From NCBI GenBank assembly GCA_037447605.1, contig CM074804.1, forward strand, positions 8,409,909 to 8,473,908: DNA of 64,000 nucleotides, in the 5' to 3' direction. A program made the translations under genes and the position numbers. Positions within the stretch are counted from its first letter, which is position 1, and each line of letters starts with the position of its first letter. A model generated the notes under the pieces. The model worked only from the letters and a program-made list of their open reading frames with translations, ran no database searches and was not told the origin of the DNA. This DNA is from Zygnema circumcarinatum SAG 698-1b. Taxonomy: Eukaryota; Plantae; Zygnematophyceae. This document shows positions 25,201-48,360 of this stretch, one piece after another.

Positions 25201-28200
25201 GAGTGGCTTCAGGTCAGGAGTCAGAAGAAGCAAGGGAGAGGGAGATAGGAAGGCCAGTTAGGTCGTCAGCGTCTGGGCTTTCACTTGCGAGGGATACATG
25301 GATGTTGGGCTCTAATTCTGATAACCATGTGAACAGGGGCAATGCGGAAACAGCCTCTCCTAAAGAATTATTGACGGAAATGAGCAAGCAAGAAGGGCGG
25401 AGGAGGCAGAGAGCAACATCTACATTGAGGGGTTATCGTAGAGCTCGGCCCCTTTCAGATGTACAGGTGGTTGAGTTGGGAGATGACGAAGATGAAGGTC
25501 GGATGAACGTCGAGGAATTGGGGAATGCAACCCTTTCTTCTGTCGCTGGAGTTATTGAAGAGCCCCCTGCTGATCGAGATACTCAGCTTGCGTCAGATGA
25601 GAAGCTTGCATTGGAATTACAGGCAGCTTTGGATGCGGAGGACCAAAGATTGGCAGAGCAGGTGGGCTTCGTTGAGGATTGGGATGGACAAAAGGGAGGA
25701 GTTTTAGACATCTTGTTGTGTCGTTGTTTTCACGAATTTCTGATGTTAGACTGTCATAAAGTCTCATTTCAATTACGCTTGCTCATTTGCATTTTATGAA
25801 GGGTGCCTTTGTCTTCAAGTTGTGCAACGAGGCACAAGTTAACGTTGAGACATGTTTTCGATGAGGGCTACTTTGGTTTTTCGATGTATGTAAGTGGGTC
25901 TATATTGTCATTAGTATATGGTTGAACGTGAAACGTGAAAAAGGCACATTCTATGTTGATGGTGCTGCAGGTAGATGGAGAATCTATGCAGGCTGATGCT
26001 GAGTTGGCCCGTACGTTACAAGTAGAAGAAAATGCAAGGGCTTTCAGAAGACGAGGACATGTACAAAGCAGAGAAGGCTCCCATAGAGCTGGAACGGGCG
26101 AGCAAGAGTGGGATACTTACCTTTCATTAACATCGCAGGTACATTATTCTTCCCCCTCCCTAGATTTTCACATTATTCGGTTTGCGATTTTTTTTTGCTA
26201 TCGGTCGATAACGACTAAGTCTTTCTATTGCGTTGAATTTGCTTATTGAGATCACGAGTGAGGCATCTCGTTTTTCTCTCTTTGCCTTGTCCATTTCTGA
26301 CTTTTGTTTGACATATGATACCTTGCAATTTCCTACAGTCCCCATCCCGGCTATTTCATGCACCCCGAGAGAATCATAGTGATTCTTCCGTATTTCATCG
26401 CCGTCTTCCTTCGCACATTTCAAGTGATAATGTTCAGTCAAGGAATGATGGAACCCTTCGAGCCTTTCGTGATATAGAAATTTCATCTGCAGTCGAGGAG
26501 GAAGCAGGAGCACGCAGTCCGGGACAGAGTGTCGGTGTGTTAGAGGATAGAGCAGAGAGAGTCTTCGGAGATGGAAGGAGAGTTGGAGCCCTATGGCCGG
26601 AAAGAGCTGGAATTGAAATAGCAGAAACGAATGATACACTCCCTCTGGGATTTAGGGGCAGAGCAGAACGATTCTTGAATCCGGGGTTCATGACAACGAG
26701 AGACTTACGAGGGAGAGAAGCTTTCTTTGGGGTGCGAGGAGATGGAAATGGTGAGGAAGGGGAGGGTGGCGGCGGAACAGCGGAGGATGAAGGGCGGGAG
26801 AGGGACGCAACTAATGGAGGTGGAGGCATTCGAGAGAGGTTGAATGGAGCGAGGGGTGCTTCTGAGCGACTTAGACGAAACGAAAGGGCGAGGGAGAGGA
26901 GGGAGAGGCGAATGTGGATGGGCGGAGTGGGCCCAGATCTTGATGACACATTGTTTGGAAGGAGGAGAATGAGTTTTTCCCAAACAATGTCTTCCGATCA
27001 GGTGAGAGAGAGAAAGATTGTCAAGAATTCAGTACTGTTCAATGGCTCTGTCGGTTGCATTTGGATGTAGCAAGGAAGTTGAAGTTCCAATTGATGCTGT
27101 CTGAACATTTGAATTGTGTTTAAGATTTGGGTGTGTGTGAGAGAGAAGAGATGTGCGAGCAAGTGCGAGAGAGGAGTGGCAAAGAGTGAAGGAGTAGATA
27201 GATGACTTGGGATGTTTCGATTAGGTAAAAGGTGTTTAGCATATTTTGTTACTGATGGGCGTTGTGCGATGGGTTTTGTATTCAGAGAGTAGAATTTCTT
27301 GCGAGCTTGGAAGCTGCACTCAGCCGTGAACTCCCTCTGGCTTTACGTCTTGCAACTGTGGATCGCGATTTTAATGAGTGAGTGAAAAGTTTATTTTTGT
27401 AGGCAGGACATTTCATCTTTACGTTAGCGCACGAGGACAATCCATGCAGCAAAGCTTTTCCGTACTTGACTGTGGATTGCTGCATGCTGTGTTGTACAAA
27501 AAGGAGCTACAAAAGCTTGTTGAGTTCCCTGGTTAAGTGAGGCATTGTTTGGTCAGCCATTTTTTTTGCCTTAGTTAAAGCCATGTCTGTTGCGCATGTC
27601 TGGTCATTACCTGAAGGCTTAATCTGAATGGATGCTCTTTGCATGGCGTTTGCAGGGATGACTATGAAATGCTGCTCCGCTTGGATGAGATCGGATTGGA
27701 GCCATCGCGGAGGGGGGCTTCTTCTGCAAACATTAATCAACTTCCAACAACAACTGTAACGGTAACGATACGGGGCTGATATTCCTTCGAGAGATAAACT
27801 TTGATCTTTAGTTTTTCGTCAGAAAACTGGAACTACAATACACTCACTATGCAGGAGCCTTGTGTGTTATTCTGTATATAACGATATTCTTCTTTCTTTC
27901 GTTTAGCTCTAGCGTTGATATTGGCTTTCATGGTAGGATCTGACAATGCCTTTCTCTCCTCCTTTGTCTTCAGGATATCGATGTGTTTGAAGAGCCATGT
28001 TCCATTTGCTTGGAAGAGCCAAAAGTGGGTGAAGTGCTGCGGCGTCTGCCTTGTGTTCACATCTTTCACAGACAGGTGCCAATTCAGTGACCCCCTCTCC
28101 TCCCTCTCTCCCTCTCTTGCTCTCGCCCCTCTCTCTTTCTTACACAGCTGTTATGTGTCAATAGCACAGGTGTTTGTTTTCCTTTGACATGTATGATAAA

Positions 28201-28532
28201 CACAAAGGATGCTTCTTTTGTTTTTCCAAAGGAGGCGCTGTCTCACCACGAAGCCGTGCCTGTCTGTCTGTCTGTCTCTCTGATTCAACGGTAGAAGGCT
28301 TGCATGTTGGGATGTTTTTGAAAGCTTGCTTCCCTCCCTCCCTTTATGTTTACTTCTTTTGTTACTTGTTTTTTAAATGGGACATTGCATGTAAGGAGCG
28401 CTCTAGGCAGCTGGTAAAGGTGACGTGTGGGGGGGGGGGGCTGTGGGCTGCGGGGGGCTTCAGTGTATTGATGACTGGCTCCGCCGGCAGGCCGTGTGCC
28501 CCATCTGCAAGAGGGAGATCAGCAGGACCTGA
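22258..28532 (+). CDS. RING-H2 E3 ubiquitin ligase with long disordered N-terminus (SDIR1/Arkadia-like C-terminus); 5' end not resolved
   Basis: Exons 22258-22535, 22760-25661, 25971-26138, 26339-27001, 27286-27377, 27656-27761, 27974-28075, 28464-28532 are phase-compatible. [17 protein letters not shown] precedes [36 protein letters not shown]. Confidence 0.9.
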
Positions 28533-30445
28533 ACTCTCTCTCACTTTCTCTCTCTCCCAAGGTCGTCCCTGGGAAACATGTGCAGAATAGAACCAATTGA
28601 TGGTCAGAATTGTACCAGTACGAGGCTAGCGTTGCAGTCAGGCATTATCGCGATGAAGCAGCAGGAGTAATGCTGTAGAGAGGACAGGTCAGATCTGAGA
28701 TAATTCAAATTTGAGTTGCGACAGGTCGCATACTTACTCGCTGTACTTTTTCAAAATTTCGAGCCGCTCGGATGCGCTGATGTCCCAGTGGCGCTGGTCC
28801 TTTATCTCTGTCAGCAGCCATGGCTAAATGAAGACATCAGGACGGTACACAGTCAATAAGGAGACGGCAGCAACAGCAAATCGCTGCCAGCATTCATCTC
28901 TCGGTCTGAAGGACTCGTTTGCGTGGGGTCTTTGCCCTCCTTTTCTTTATTTTTTTTTTAATTTTATGACGATGCAAATTTGAAAGTAATGTGATGCTGC
29001 AAAGCTCCTGTCGGATATCTTGTCACTGTAATGGTGCAGGCATCCTCTTCTTCCAGTACGGTTTGAACTGGGGTGTGTTCCTATGACATGCGTGTGCCTT
29101 TAGATGGTGTTCCCAGTGATCTTTGGGACGTGCTCCGAGTGATTTCAAGACTTTCTTGGCAGCCTCCACATCAGCACTAAATCAATCACAATTAGCGACG
29201 TTGAATTTATGGCGGATAGGCGATCATTAAACAAACTGCGCACCAAAAAAATGTCCATGGTGGAGCCATGGGAGGAGGGTCGTGGGCGGGAGCGGGGGCG
29301 GGGAAGGGGAGGGGAGGATCGGTAAGGATTGACGGGAGGGCTTGTGGTCCATTGGATTTGTGGGAAGGGACGAAGAAAATGGATAGGTGGGAAAGTAGGG
29401 GTGGAAGGGGCAGGAGAGAGAGAGAGAGGAGAGAGGGACGGAATAGTGCTGAATCAAGCGCGACATGGAGGGAGAGAAAGTGGAAAGCGGAAAGCGGAAG
29501 AGAGAAGTGGGGAAGGACTCCGGGAGGGGGGGAGACAGAGGAAAGGGAAGCAGCTGCTGAGAGCTCGGGTCTGGCTCAGTCAGGCGACCTCTGACTTAGT
29601 TAACTCAAATGACCACCCACCTCAATAAGAAGACATTGACGCATTTAATCAGTGAACTGTCGTCATTCTCATTGAAAAAACAATAATTTAACCGAACTAT
29701 TACAGAGATCCGTAGTGTGAAACTTTAGAATTAAGCAGCCGGGAGGATACTAAGCGACTTTTAGAACCTCCAACCGTCAAAAGAAAACCTTAAACCTTAA
29801 CCTCAAAACCCCCCTTCGAATGATGTGCCAAGCTATACACTTTGCTATCCGTTTTCCGTTGAACTAGAAATTCGGTCCTCTGTTAAGGTTATTTGTATCA
29901 TCATAAGGCTGAGCGAGAGAGATAAGGGGGGGGGGTGAGAGAGAGCGAGAGAGAGAGAGAGAGAGGCTGAGGCTGAGAGAGTGAAAAGCTTCTCTGAAGC
30001 TTTCACCCGCGGAGCTGAGCTCCTATATAGCCAAAAGGCTTGCTCCATCTTGATCCGGCCCTTCAACATTAAGGCGGGCCTACACTTAGGCTTATTCCTG
30101 TACTGTTAAGGCGTACCGCCAGTTTCTTCCTTAAGCTAAGTCTTTCGCTGAGAAGACAAGAGAAGGGCGCTGGAGGCGAAGATGGGTGCATCTGAAGCTG
30201 CGAACTCTCACCTCAAAGAGGAGGGAAAAAAATAGTCAGTTGGTCAAATACATAATCCATGCGGTGTGGATGTTCGTTGGCAATGAATGACGCCTTTAAG
30301 TAATGAGAGTACCGAGGTGATGAGCCATTGGTTTGGAGTCATCAGATCAGGAGAAGGGTGGAAAATATCGGTTGCAGGAAGAGAGAGCCTTGAGCCTGCC
30401 TTGTGGGGGAGATGGTGGGAGGAGGAATGTTCTGTGAGAGGAGGT

Positions 30446-39651
<9,206 letters not shown>

Positions 39652-40995
39652 GGCTCTCGTATCACAATGCGGCCACATAGGGCTTCCACCCCGCCTCTCT
39701 CTCCGTCTTCCTCTCTCCCTCTCTCTCTCTCCCGCTCACTCCCCCTTCTCTCTTCTGCCTTTGCCCCTCCCGGGCTTCGCCGTACCGCTTGCAATGCAAC
39801 AGCTTGCAGGAGGGCACACTCCCTCTCTCCCTCCCTCCCCCCTTTCCCTCTCCCTCTCTCCCTCTTCCTCTCTCCCCCCTCTCCCTCTCCCTCTCCCGCC
39901 ACCCCTTCTTCGGCGACTGTATGGCCTCGCGCCACACGTGGACATGTCACGCCGGCATTATTCCTGCAAAAAGTAGTCAACGATCCCGTCACGTGGCTTC
40001 CTCACATTCGTCGCTTTTTCCCTTCTCCAATGGCCACACGCCACGTGTTCCCGCCCTGGCCCCGACCGCGGCGGAGGCGGGCCCCCTCCCTCGAGATGCG
40101 AGGCGCCACGCGGCATATTCCGGCGGCCTCCCAAGGTGTAACGATGCCATGTAGGCGTACGGTGACTGAAAGTGTACGAACCGTACTGTACGAAACTGGG
40201 GATGATTGACGGGGTTAAATGGACGGCCGACCGACCAACACCTGACGGGATGGAAAGAATGGACCAATGGGAGGATGCCACGCGTATACTATTGTCACGC
40301 GTTTATCTCTGATTGGCTCTGTTTTTCAGTGTGCCTACGTGGCGGCCCGTCCGCAGAAAGTCGACGACGTTTGACTGGCGTCGGTTGACGTGTTTTGAAA
40401 GGTACGGTCAAAAGTTGGCCCACATCGGGATATATCGATATATATCGATGTACTTTTTCCGCGTTCAGAGATATTTTCGTGCTGTACATGACTCGCAAAG
40501 TGTTGCCGTACGATGACGTGATTGCAGGGTTTGGTGACGTGTACATAACACAATGTTGTGAATAAACCACGAGGACCGCCTCTAGGCGCACAACAACATC
40601 ATGTTGGCCGTGATGTGATTTGTTTTTGATTTGCTTTGTTATTTTTTTTATTTTGTTTTTCACGCTCAAAAGCGAAGCTTATATACGCACAGAAGCAATG
40701 CAGAAAGCCACCACGCAACATGCTCACTCTCAGGACATAGACAACGCATCACCGACCTTCATTCTTTCTCTGTGAGATGGAATAAACTTCCCTCCGTGGC
40801 GAGGACCAGCACAAGGCCCGAAAGAGAGCACAGGCCCTGAAGGTAAGTGGCATTGCTGGCAAGCTGCTGTACAGTCCCCCTCACAGCCATGGCAGCTGCA
40901 TGATGATGATGGGTGCGTATGCGTATGCGCCTTATCTGTCATGTGCTACTACTCCTAAACGTGTGCCTACATGAGGACCCATCAGCCCACCACAG

Positions 40996-43814
40996 TCAAT
41001 GGTGCCCCAAGCGCCTGGTGGGTACCCCCTGCTGCCTATTCAAAACATTGCCTGAATTCCTATCCCTTTTCCTGCTTGGTGTTCCTGCTTTCCATGCACA
41101 TAGTCTGCCATCCTCTCCCCCTGTCCAGCAGAGCCAGCCCTCCCCTCCCCAGCTCTCGTATCCTCTCTCTGCCGCGGTAGAGACGGCCCTCACTACCCCT
41201 GCATGCCCTCCTGCAAGGACCGCCGATGCAGGACCCACTACTGTTCCCTTCGTTGAAGGAGGGGAGGAAGCCTTAAGGACTGGGAAGGCCCCCACAGTGC
41301 CATCATTGCTGCCGGCAAGAAGGCGGAGGTCCTCACTATCTTGCGAGCTTGTGCAGCCTATGAGATAGTCAATCTGCAAGGGGTACATTGGTAATATTCC
41401 ATGAGAATCCTTTTCAGTATTAGGAAAGAAAGGATCCAGGATCCCTGCCTGATAAGGAATGAAAAACATGGTCAGAGCCATGGTAGAAAGCAGCCTTATT
41501 CAAGTCACAACGTAGCTAACTGAGTTTACAATCGTTCACAGGAACAAGCATGTGACGACTGGGGAGCAGAAACAAATCAACATAGTTTTTATGCTCAGAT
41601 CTCTCTTGGAAGTTTCACCCACCTGCCCTCTGTTCCACTTTGCGGCTGCCATGGCTCGCGTCTCTGGAAAGTCAGCTATCTGCTCTCCTTGGTCAAGCTC
41701 CCACAGACTGCCCACGGATCCCTCATTTCAGATGAAAATTTTTTGAATTTTTTTTTTTTGAGGTCTCCTTGCATGGCGGCAGAATTGCAGACACACATTC
41801 ACTTGGTTCCCACCCTTTAAAAACCGTGAAACTTGCAACATTACAGGAGATGATATGGCTTGTGAATACAGAAAAGGTTTTTAGGGTTTAGTAGTGGTGC
41901 TAGAAAGCTGCAGGAGGGACTAAGTTACCTCAATGTCTCGATGTGGGTTGTGCACCAAAGCCGCGCATAGCGACTGCCATAAAATCCAATTCGAGAAATA
42001 GAGGTGCCTACGCTCAGGACCTGGGCACCAGTCTTTCCCCCGCAACACATTAAATCGAAAAAAAATCACTGATTTAACTATTTATCTAAACATCTCCCGC
42101 TGACAGAGCTTCAACTTTGGAAGGGACAATGATTACTACCTTCATATGCTCATTCAAGAAAGCACATCCTCCTTTTACTTCGCTTTCTTTTCTGTGCAGG
42201 TTTTTCCTGCATGGCCCTCGAACAGCCATTAGCACCTGGGTGGAGTGGCAATCTCTTACCCATTGCATTGCTTCGTCTTCACTTAGATCTGTTGCTGTAT
42301 CAAAGGAGCATATGAGGCCATCGACTGATGCCGACAACAGCTGCGAGCGAAGTATTGGATGAAAACGAACCTGAAAAATGCAAAAGACACATGCTCTCAC
42401 ACCATCCATCTCAGCCATTTAACCTGACAAGATGAGAATCTACAAATACAGACCTTAGAAACTCCATACATGAAAGCAAGCAGAGAACAATGAACCAATG
42501 AAGCTCGACGGGTCCAGATACAACTTGCCATTGGCGCTATGGCCTAATTGATGAAAAGATTAAAAAGAGAAATTTAGCTGAAGTATATACTCCGTGAAAG
42601 GTGGGCAAAGAGCATATCTTGCAGGGTGTGTTTAGACAGGCTAGCATTACCTGAGTTACTGCTTCAGTGTGAGCTTCTTCCAAGCAGGCCATCTGTCGAG
42701 CTGATCTGCGATCCCATAACAGTATCTGAGGGCACAATTCTTCCCCACAGTTTCCATCTCTCCCGGGGTCTGATCAGTCCCTCGAACTCACACTCATCCT
42801 TTGTTCCTTTCTCCACCCACAAGCACCTCTCCAAATACCACCATCTAGCCAAGCCGGTTCAATATGCTCATAATACCTTCTCGTCAGCACCTGCTGCAAG
42901 GCACTGACCCGTGCTGCCTCCAATCGCTACACTCCAAAACTCATCTCGTGCTTCCGAAGAGATGAAGTTTCCTGTCTGCAACTCCATTTCCCTGTCCGTC
43001 AGAAAGCTTCGGAGCCATACAAAACACAGCAACTCGGAAAACTACGGAAAACAGAAGCCCTAAAAAACCTGAAATCTCGTCCTTTCAAGTGGCGGACAAG
43101 CACCAAGTTACATTGTTTGCATGCACGAGCACACAACAGCTCAGGCGAGGAGAGCTACAATCTAGTAAACCCTAATTCAAGACCCGCTGGGCGACTCACC
43201 CACAGTAGCGGAGGACCAGAGAACGGAGATGCTCACCTACCTGCTCTCGGCTCCTCACATCCCACGCCCGGACACTTCCATCTGCTGCGCTTGAAAACAG
43301 CGTGTGAGGCTCTGTAGAGTCTGCAAAAGTGATGCCGCTAATTGTGCGTCTATGGCCGCAGCACTCTCCAAGAAATGAACCTGTTTCCGGGCTGTACAGC
43401 TTGATTCTATTGTTTGACAGAGATGCGGCAAGGACGGAAGAGTTGCAGCTGAGAAAAGGCAGTAAAAAAAACGGCTTAGATTCTTAAGTCTGGCAGCATA
43501 GTCTCATTGCGCAGGAGATGCGGAACTTTAAGTAGCTTAATCAAATGATTACTTGCATACTGTTAACATGAATGGCATTACTGTGTTTGAGTTACTGCTC
43601 GAGTCAAAGCAAGAGATAATCGCCAGCCCTAAACCAATGCCCTCACTTGGAAAACTGAGAGAAGGCTCAAACAAAAAAAAACTGCATTCAGTTCCAAGCT
43701 GCAACCAACCCGGGCAGCGACTCACGCAAGCTGCAGGTCGAAGACGTAGGGCGGCTCTTCCCCCTCACCCTCCGCATTCAGCGTCAGAGCCGCGTGGAGC
43801 GGCAGCCCCGCCAT
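40996..43814 (-). CDS. WDR89: WD40-repeat protein WDR89 / GIGANTUS1-like
   Basis: Exon 43814-43726 (PYVFDL); exon 43448-43241 (LAASLSNNRIKLYSPETG..GEC.GH..DGSVRAWD); then ILLWDRR..ACLEEAHTEAVTQ, VRFHP..LLSASVDGLIC, and a last exon with IDYLIGC..GGHAGVVR..WTGGEDGRLCAW. Confidence 0.9.
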
Positions 43815-45320
43815 GGCGAGTGTCCTCTTCCTCTCCCCTCCCCCTCCCTTCCTCTCCCTCGCCCTCCCTGTTCCTTTTCACCCACCTCTCCCCTCACCTC
43901 TTCCCCTCCCCCTTCCCCTTCCTTTTCCCCCCTCCCTTTCTCTCCTGCACCCAATCTCCCTCACTCTCCCTCACACTCTCCCCACTCCCTCCCTCCCTCC
44001 CTCCCTCTACACGTGGCATATGCCCATTGGCTGTGCCCTTCGTACTGAAGAGGGGGGGATGGCGGGGCTCGTTAGGGTTAGCCCTCGATGTAGGAGGTGG
44101 GCCTGAAAGGCCTTCAGAGAGGGGCCTTGCTCAAGCTCAAGCTCAAGCTCTGCCCCTCCTGCTTTAGATACAATTTGGATGAAGGCTCATTTTCTTTCTT
44201 CATTTCCTTTTTGGATCCACCATCGAACGAACAATCAAAGAATGGCTTCGAACGGCCTTGTTTCCATTTTTTCATTCCCATTTGAAGTTTGGTAACGACG
44301 GTGGTTTCTATAATGTAACCGTCTCCTTCAGTCGTTCACTTTTTGAGTTGAGTGTGTGGAACTTCATCTCTTTGAAGGGGCAAATCCCCACAAAAAAACA
44401 AAAAACCCACATCCCATCTCATCCCAAGCTTTGGGACCTCTTTTTCACCTCCACGTCTGCTAGAATAAAGGGACACCTCAGTGTCTATTGGAAAGGGAAG
44501 AGGAAGGAAGGGGAAGGGAAGGGAGAGAGAGAGAGAGGGAGAGGGAGGGAGAGGGAGAGGGAGAGGGAGGGGGAGGGGTCCAATCTCACAAGTTTTTGGC
44601 AAACCATGGCCACATGCCCATCTCTCATGCATGAGACATGGGCACATGGGCAATGGCATGTTCAACATGTGCCTAGTCTGAACCATGTGTTGTTTGCTAG
44701 AAACATGGAATTTTATGCGCCCCAAGTCCACACCACCATTCCCCACAAAAGGTGAATAATAACCTTAACGAACCATACAGTGTAGTGAGGCAGGTGGTAC
44801 GCACAGCACAAAAATAGGACATAGCTCTAACGCTCTGCTTCATGTAACGCAGTTCGAGTTCCAGTTCTGTTGCGTATTGAAAGAATTCCAAAGTCAGCAT
44901 TCTCTCTCTCCCTCTCTCCCCTCCCTCCCTCCCTCCCTTGCTCTCTCCCCCCCTTACTTTTCCATCTCTCGCTCTCCCCCCCCCCTCTCTCTCTCTCTCT
45001 CTCCCCCTCTCGCGCTCTCTCTCTCTCTCGCTTACACGGAAAAAGCCACGTTCGCCAGCGAAGCTCCCCTCACCGATTCTCTTCCTCTCTCCCCACTCTC
45101 CATTCTGAACCCCAATTTCCGGCAAACGGCGCAAGCCCGAGCCAAAAAAGGAGCCTTGAAACATGGACGAGGTTTCAACAATCTGAAACTGAACACATGT
45201 GAATGCACGCACACGTGTCGCAGCCTCCAAAGAAAATTCGTCCTTTTGCGATAGCTTCCGACTCCGAAAATTGCAGGAGAAAGGGGCTTCCCCATGCATA
45301 CATACATATATATATTTTTT

Positions 45321-45786
45321 TTATTGGTGAAGCCACGAAATTCCTGTGACCCCTGAGTCGGTGAGGAGCTCCCACTCTCCCACAGGGCGGGAGTCTCCCT
45401 CCTCCCCTCCTCCACCCCCATAGACGGGTCTCTGAGCCCACGAGAATCCGCAGTAGTTCACTTCGTAAACTGTAACGGGAAGCAGTCGAGACACGGAAAC
45501 GGAGACCCCCTCCCCTGCGAGGCCATGCAAGGCCATGCACGGAGTCAGTCCGACGGAAAAAACAAAATGGGTTGCGTGGCATAGACGGAGCCTGTTTGTG
45601 AGAGAGCCACTATGAGGGGAGGAAGGAGAGAGGTGGAGGGAGAGAAAGGCGACGGGGGAGGGGGGGGAGAGAGAGAGGGAGGGAGGGGGGGAGAGAGAAG
45701 TGAGGACTGAGCCAGATGGAAGAGAAGTGAGGGAAAAGGGGCGGAAGGGAGAGAAAGGGAGCGAGAGATAGTGTGTGTGAGAGAGT

Positions 45787-45817
<31 letters not shown>

Positions 45818-48360
45818 GGAGAGAAGGGGGGAGGGCCCTTTCACGCACTAGCCGATAACCAAAGCAGTCAGCCAGTTCAGTCAGTTAATTTCCTGCATCT
45901 CGAAAGCCGGAGCTTGCTCTGTCCTTTAGATGAAATTTTGGGTACTTAGGACCGTGCCCTTGTCCGGTTCTGCATCACTTTGCGGCTCAACATCACATAC
46001 CGTGAGTGATGCAGAGCACGTCCTCCTCCATGTGTTTGTCGGCTAGTGCATCGAATGTCCTTGAAAATCGAACATGGGCTGCTTCGTCAGACTCCGGATA
46101 TGCAGGCAACTGCAAAAACGTAAACTCCCAAAGTAGAAAAATTCCCAATTTCCCAAATGCGTATTAGGATTTTTCTCTCCTTTTTTTCTATCTAAGATAA
46201 CAAGCAGAACTTGAGAGAACAAGGAAAGCCACGATTTCATACCTTTGTCATTGTGGGAACTGCTTCTTTATCGAGCAGAGAGGGAGGGAGTAAGCTCTCA
46301 AGCTCTGCCTGCGGGAGGAGCCAAACCTCTCCCTCCACTCCCTTCCCTTTGAGAGAGACCGAGTCCCGCATAGCCCTCCGATTCATCATTTCTCCAAGCC
46401 CATAATCTATGTATACCTGCAAAAGAAAAATTCAAATGCATCTTTTATACCAACCAAAAACTCATTCAATTTCAGTCCCGAGAAGGCAGTTTTAGTTTTT
46501 AGGGTAACAATTCAAAAAGAACTCATAGCTAAATACCTTAATCTGTGTTGGGTCCACCTTCAGTTCCGTCCTACTGCCCTCCGTTCCCTGCAACGGAACT
46601 GCCGTCAAAGCACGCAACACTTCCGCCGCAGTTTGAACGCATCGAAGGAACGGCGAAACCACGAGTCGAGAAATTTCCCACGCTTCGGACCTCACCCTTC
46701 TCCCCACTTCAAAAGCAATTTCTTTTCCCCTTTCCGTAATAGGAGGGTCCCAGGGCCTCTCTGAGGAAGCCACCCACAAAGGGTCGACATCATCCAGCCT
46801 CTCACTATGTCGCATTACTATGAGGGACTGGCGTCTAACAGAGGTAGAGGTAGAGGTAGAGGTAGAGGTAGGGAAGGGGCTCTCTAGACCGCTCATACTC
46901 GGGCGGGGGCTGCCGAGAGTGGCGGCGGTAGAGTCGAAACTGTTGGTGCGTGTGAGGAAGCCACTCTCTCCCGTCTCTCTCTCGCGGGAGAAGGCGCCGG
47001 AAGTCATAGAGTCAAAGTAGGTAGGGGAGCTGGGGACAGAGGGAGGGGGCTCGTCAAGCATGGGCTCGGCTCCGGAGTAGGCTTCTGACCTGAAGGAGGG
47101 AGGGAGGGAGGGAGGGAGGGAGGGAGAGTGGATGTATGAGTGGGGGCTTGTGTGTGAGAGCGAGGGGAATTGTTTTTCCTTTGGGGAAGGGGGGGAGAGG
47201 GGGGAAGAGCGGCAAAGGAGATGTTGCATTGGAGGGACCGCAGGGGGCGAGAGTGAAAGAGAGAGAGAGGGAGGAGAAAGGGAAGGAAGGAGAGGAAAGG
47301 GAGGAGCGGGAAGAGAGAGCAAAGGAGAGAGGAGAGAAGGGGGGAGGAGAGGTAAGGGAAAGAGAGAGACAAAGACCCAGGGGGCAGAGCGAGAGAATAA
47401 CACATAGGATCCTCCGAAACTTGGCAACAAAAACCAGAAAAAACCAAAGAACCAGCAAAAACTTAAAAAAGTATCTGAAACCTATAATTCTTGAAACTGA
47501 AAGTTCTCCAAAACGCTAAAAATTGAAAAGATCAGAAAAGGGAGAGAGCGGGGTCGGCTCCTGTTCCATTTGTAACCCTAAAAAACCCAAACAGAACATA
47601 ATTCAAAACGACAAAAATCTTGAAGATCATAGAAACCCTAGAACTGCTGCAAACCTAAAATTCGAACAAAAGTGACCTGGCAGTAAACTTAATAATATCA
47701 AATGCAAAGGAACGGAAGGGACTTTTCTTTTCCAAAAAACATAGAAAAGAAACCATTTAATATCATAATGTTTGGTTGATTGTGTAAAAAAAGAGTTAGT
47801 GTGGACAGTCATTGAAGATAGACACTCCCTAACGTATGATCCAATCAGGGCTCTCCACGTCAGATACAGTGCTTACGTGGCAAGCCTTGATTGGCGGATA
47901 TCTTCGCAAGCAACCCTCAATGGAACCCTACATCCTAAGTGACTTTCTATGCAGAATCAGGTTTCGTATTTCCTTTCAAGAAAAGAAAAGAAAAAAAAAT
48001 TGATGTAATGATCACGGCATTAAGGAGCGGGGGGTTTCTCTCTCTCCCACTCTGTCTCTCTACCCCCCCCCTCTCTCTCTCCCTCTTTCTCCCCCTGTCT
48101 CTCTCTCTCTCTTCCCCCCCCCCTCTCTCCACATAACATTTGTCCCGCTCCCCCTTTCTTTCCCTCCTTTTCCTCCTTCCTCCCACCCTCTCCTCCTCGC
48201 CGATCCCTCCCCTAACTGTCCTAAGTTCCCAGAAAACCTATAATTCCAAAATTTCCCGAGGAGCACTACGAAGGGCTGAACCCTAAACTCTGAGGCCCCA
48301 CCTGAAAATCCCTTCAGGTGCGCGCTCGATGGGGGAGGCGTATTGGGGAGCGTCCTCCAT
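45321..48360 (-). CDS. Histidine phosphatase / phosphoglycerate mutase-like protein
   Basis: Exons 47089-46537 (IVMRHSER, WDPPIT, SPFLRCVQTA), 46416-46243 (IDYGLGE), 46109-46001 (LCITHG), 45514-45321 (VYEVNYC). A tentative first exon 48360-48302 splices in phase; the alternative start is ATG 47061. Confidence 0.88.

Noticed and set aside
39960-40560. G-box-rich, CpG-rich segment upstream of ABCG (similar ones at 8700-8820 and 20600-20900)
   Set aside because: Consistent with ordinary promoters; no TIR, TSD or RNA-gene structure was found.
43145-43160. Telomere-like AAACCCTAA motifs (also ~14105, ~47575, ~48280)
   Set aside because: Isolated single units expected by chance or as ordinary telo-boxes; there is no interstitial telomeric array.
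43726-43814. Suspected frameshift in the G-run of WDR89 exon 1
   Set aside because: A recount against the ORF track gives five C on the plus strand, so the frame from ATG to PYVFDL is continuous.
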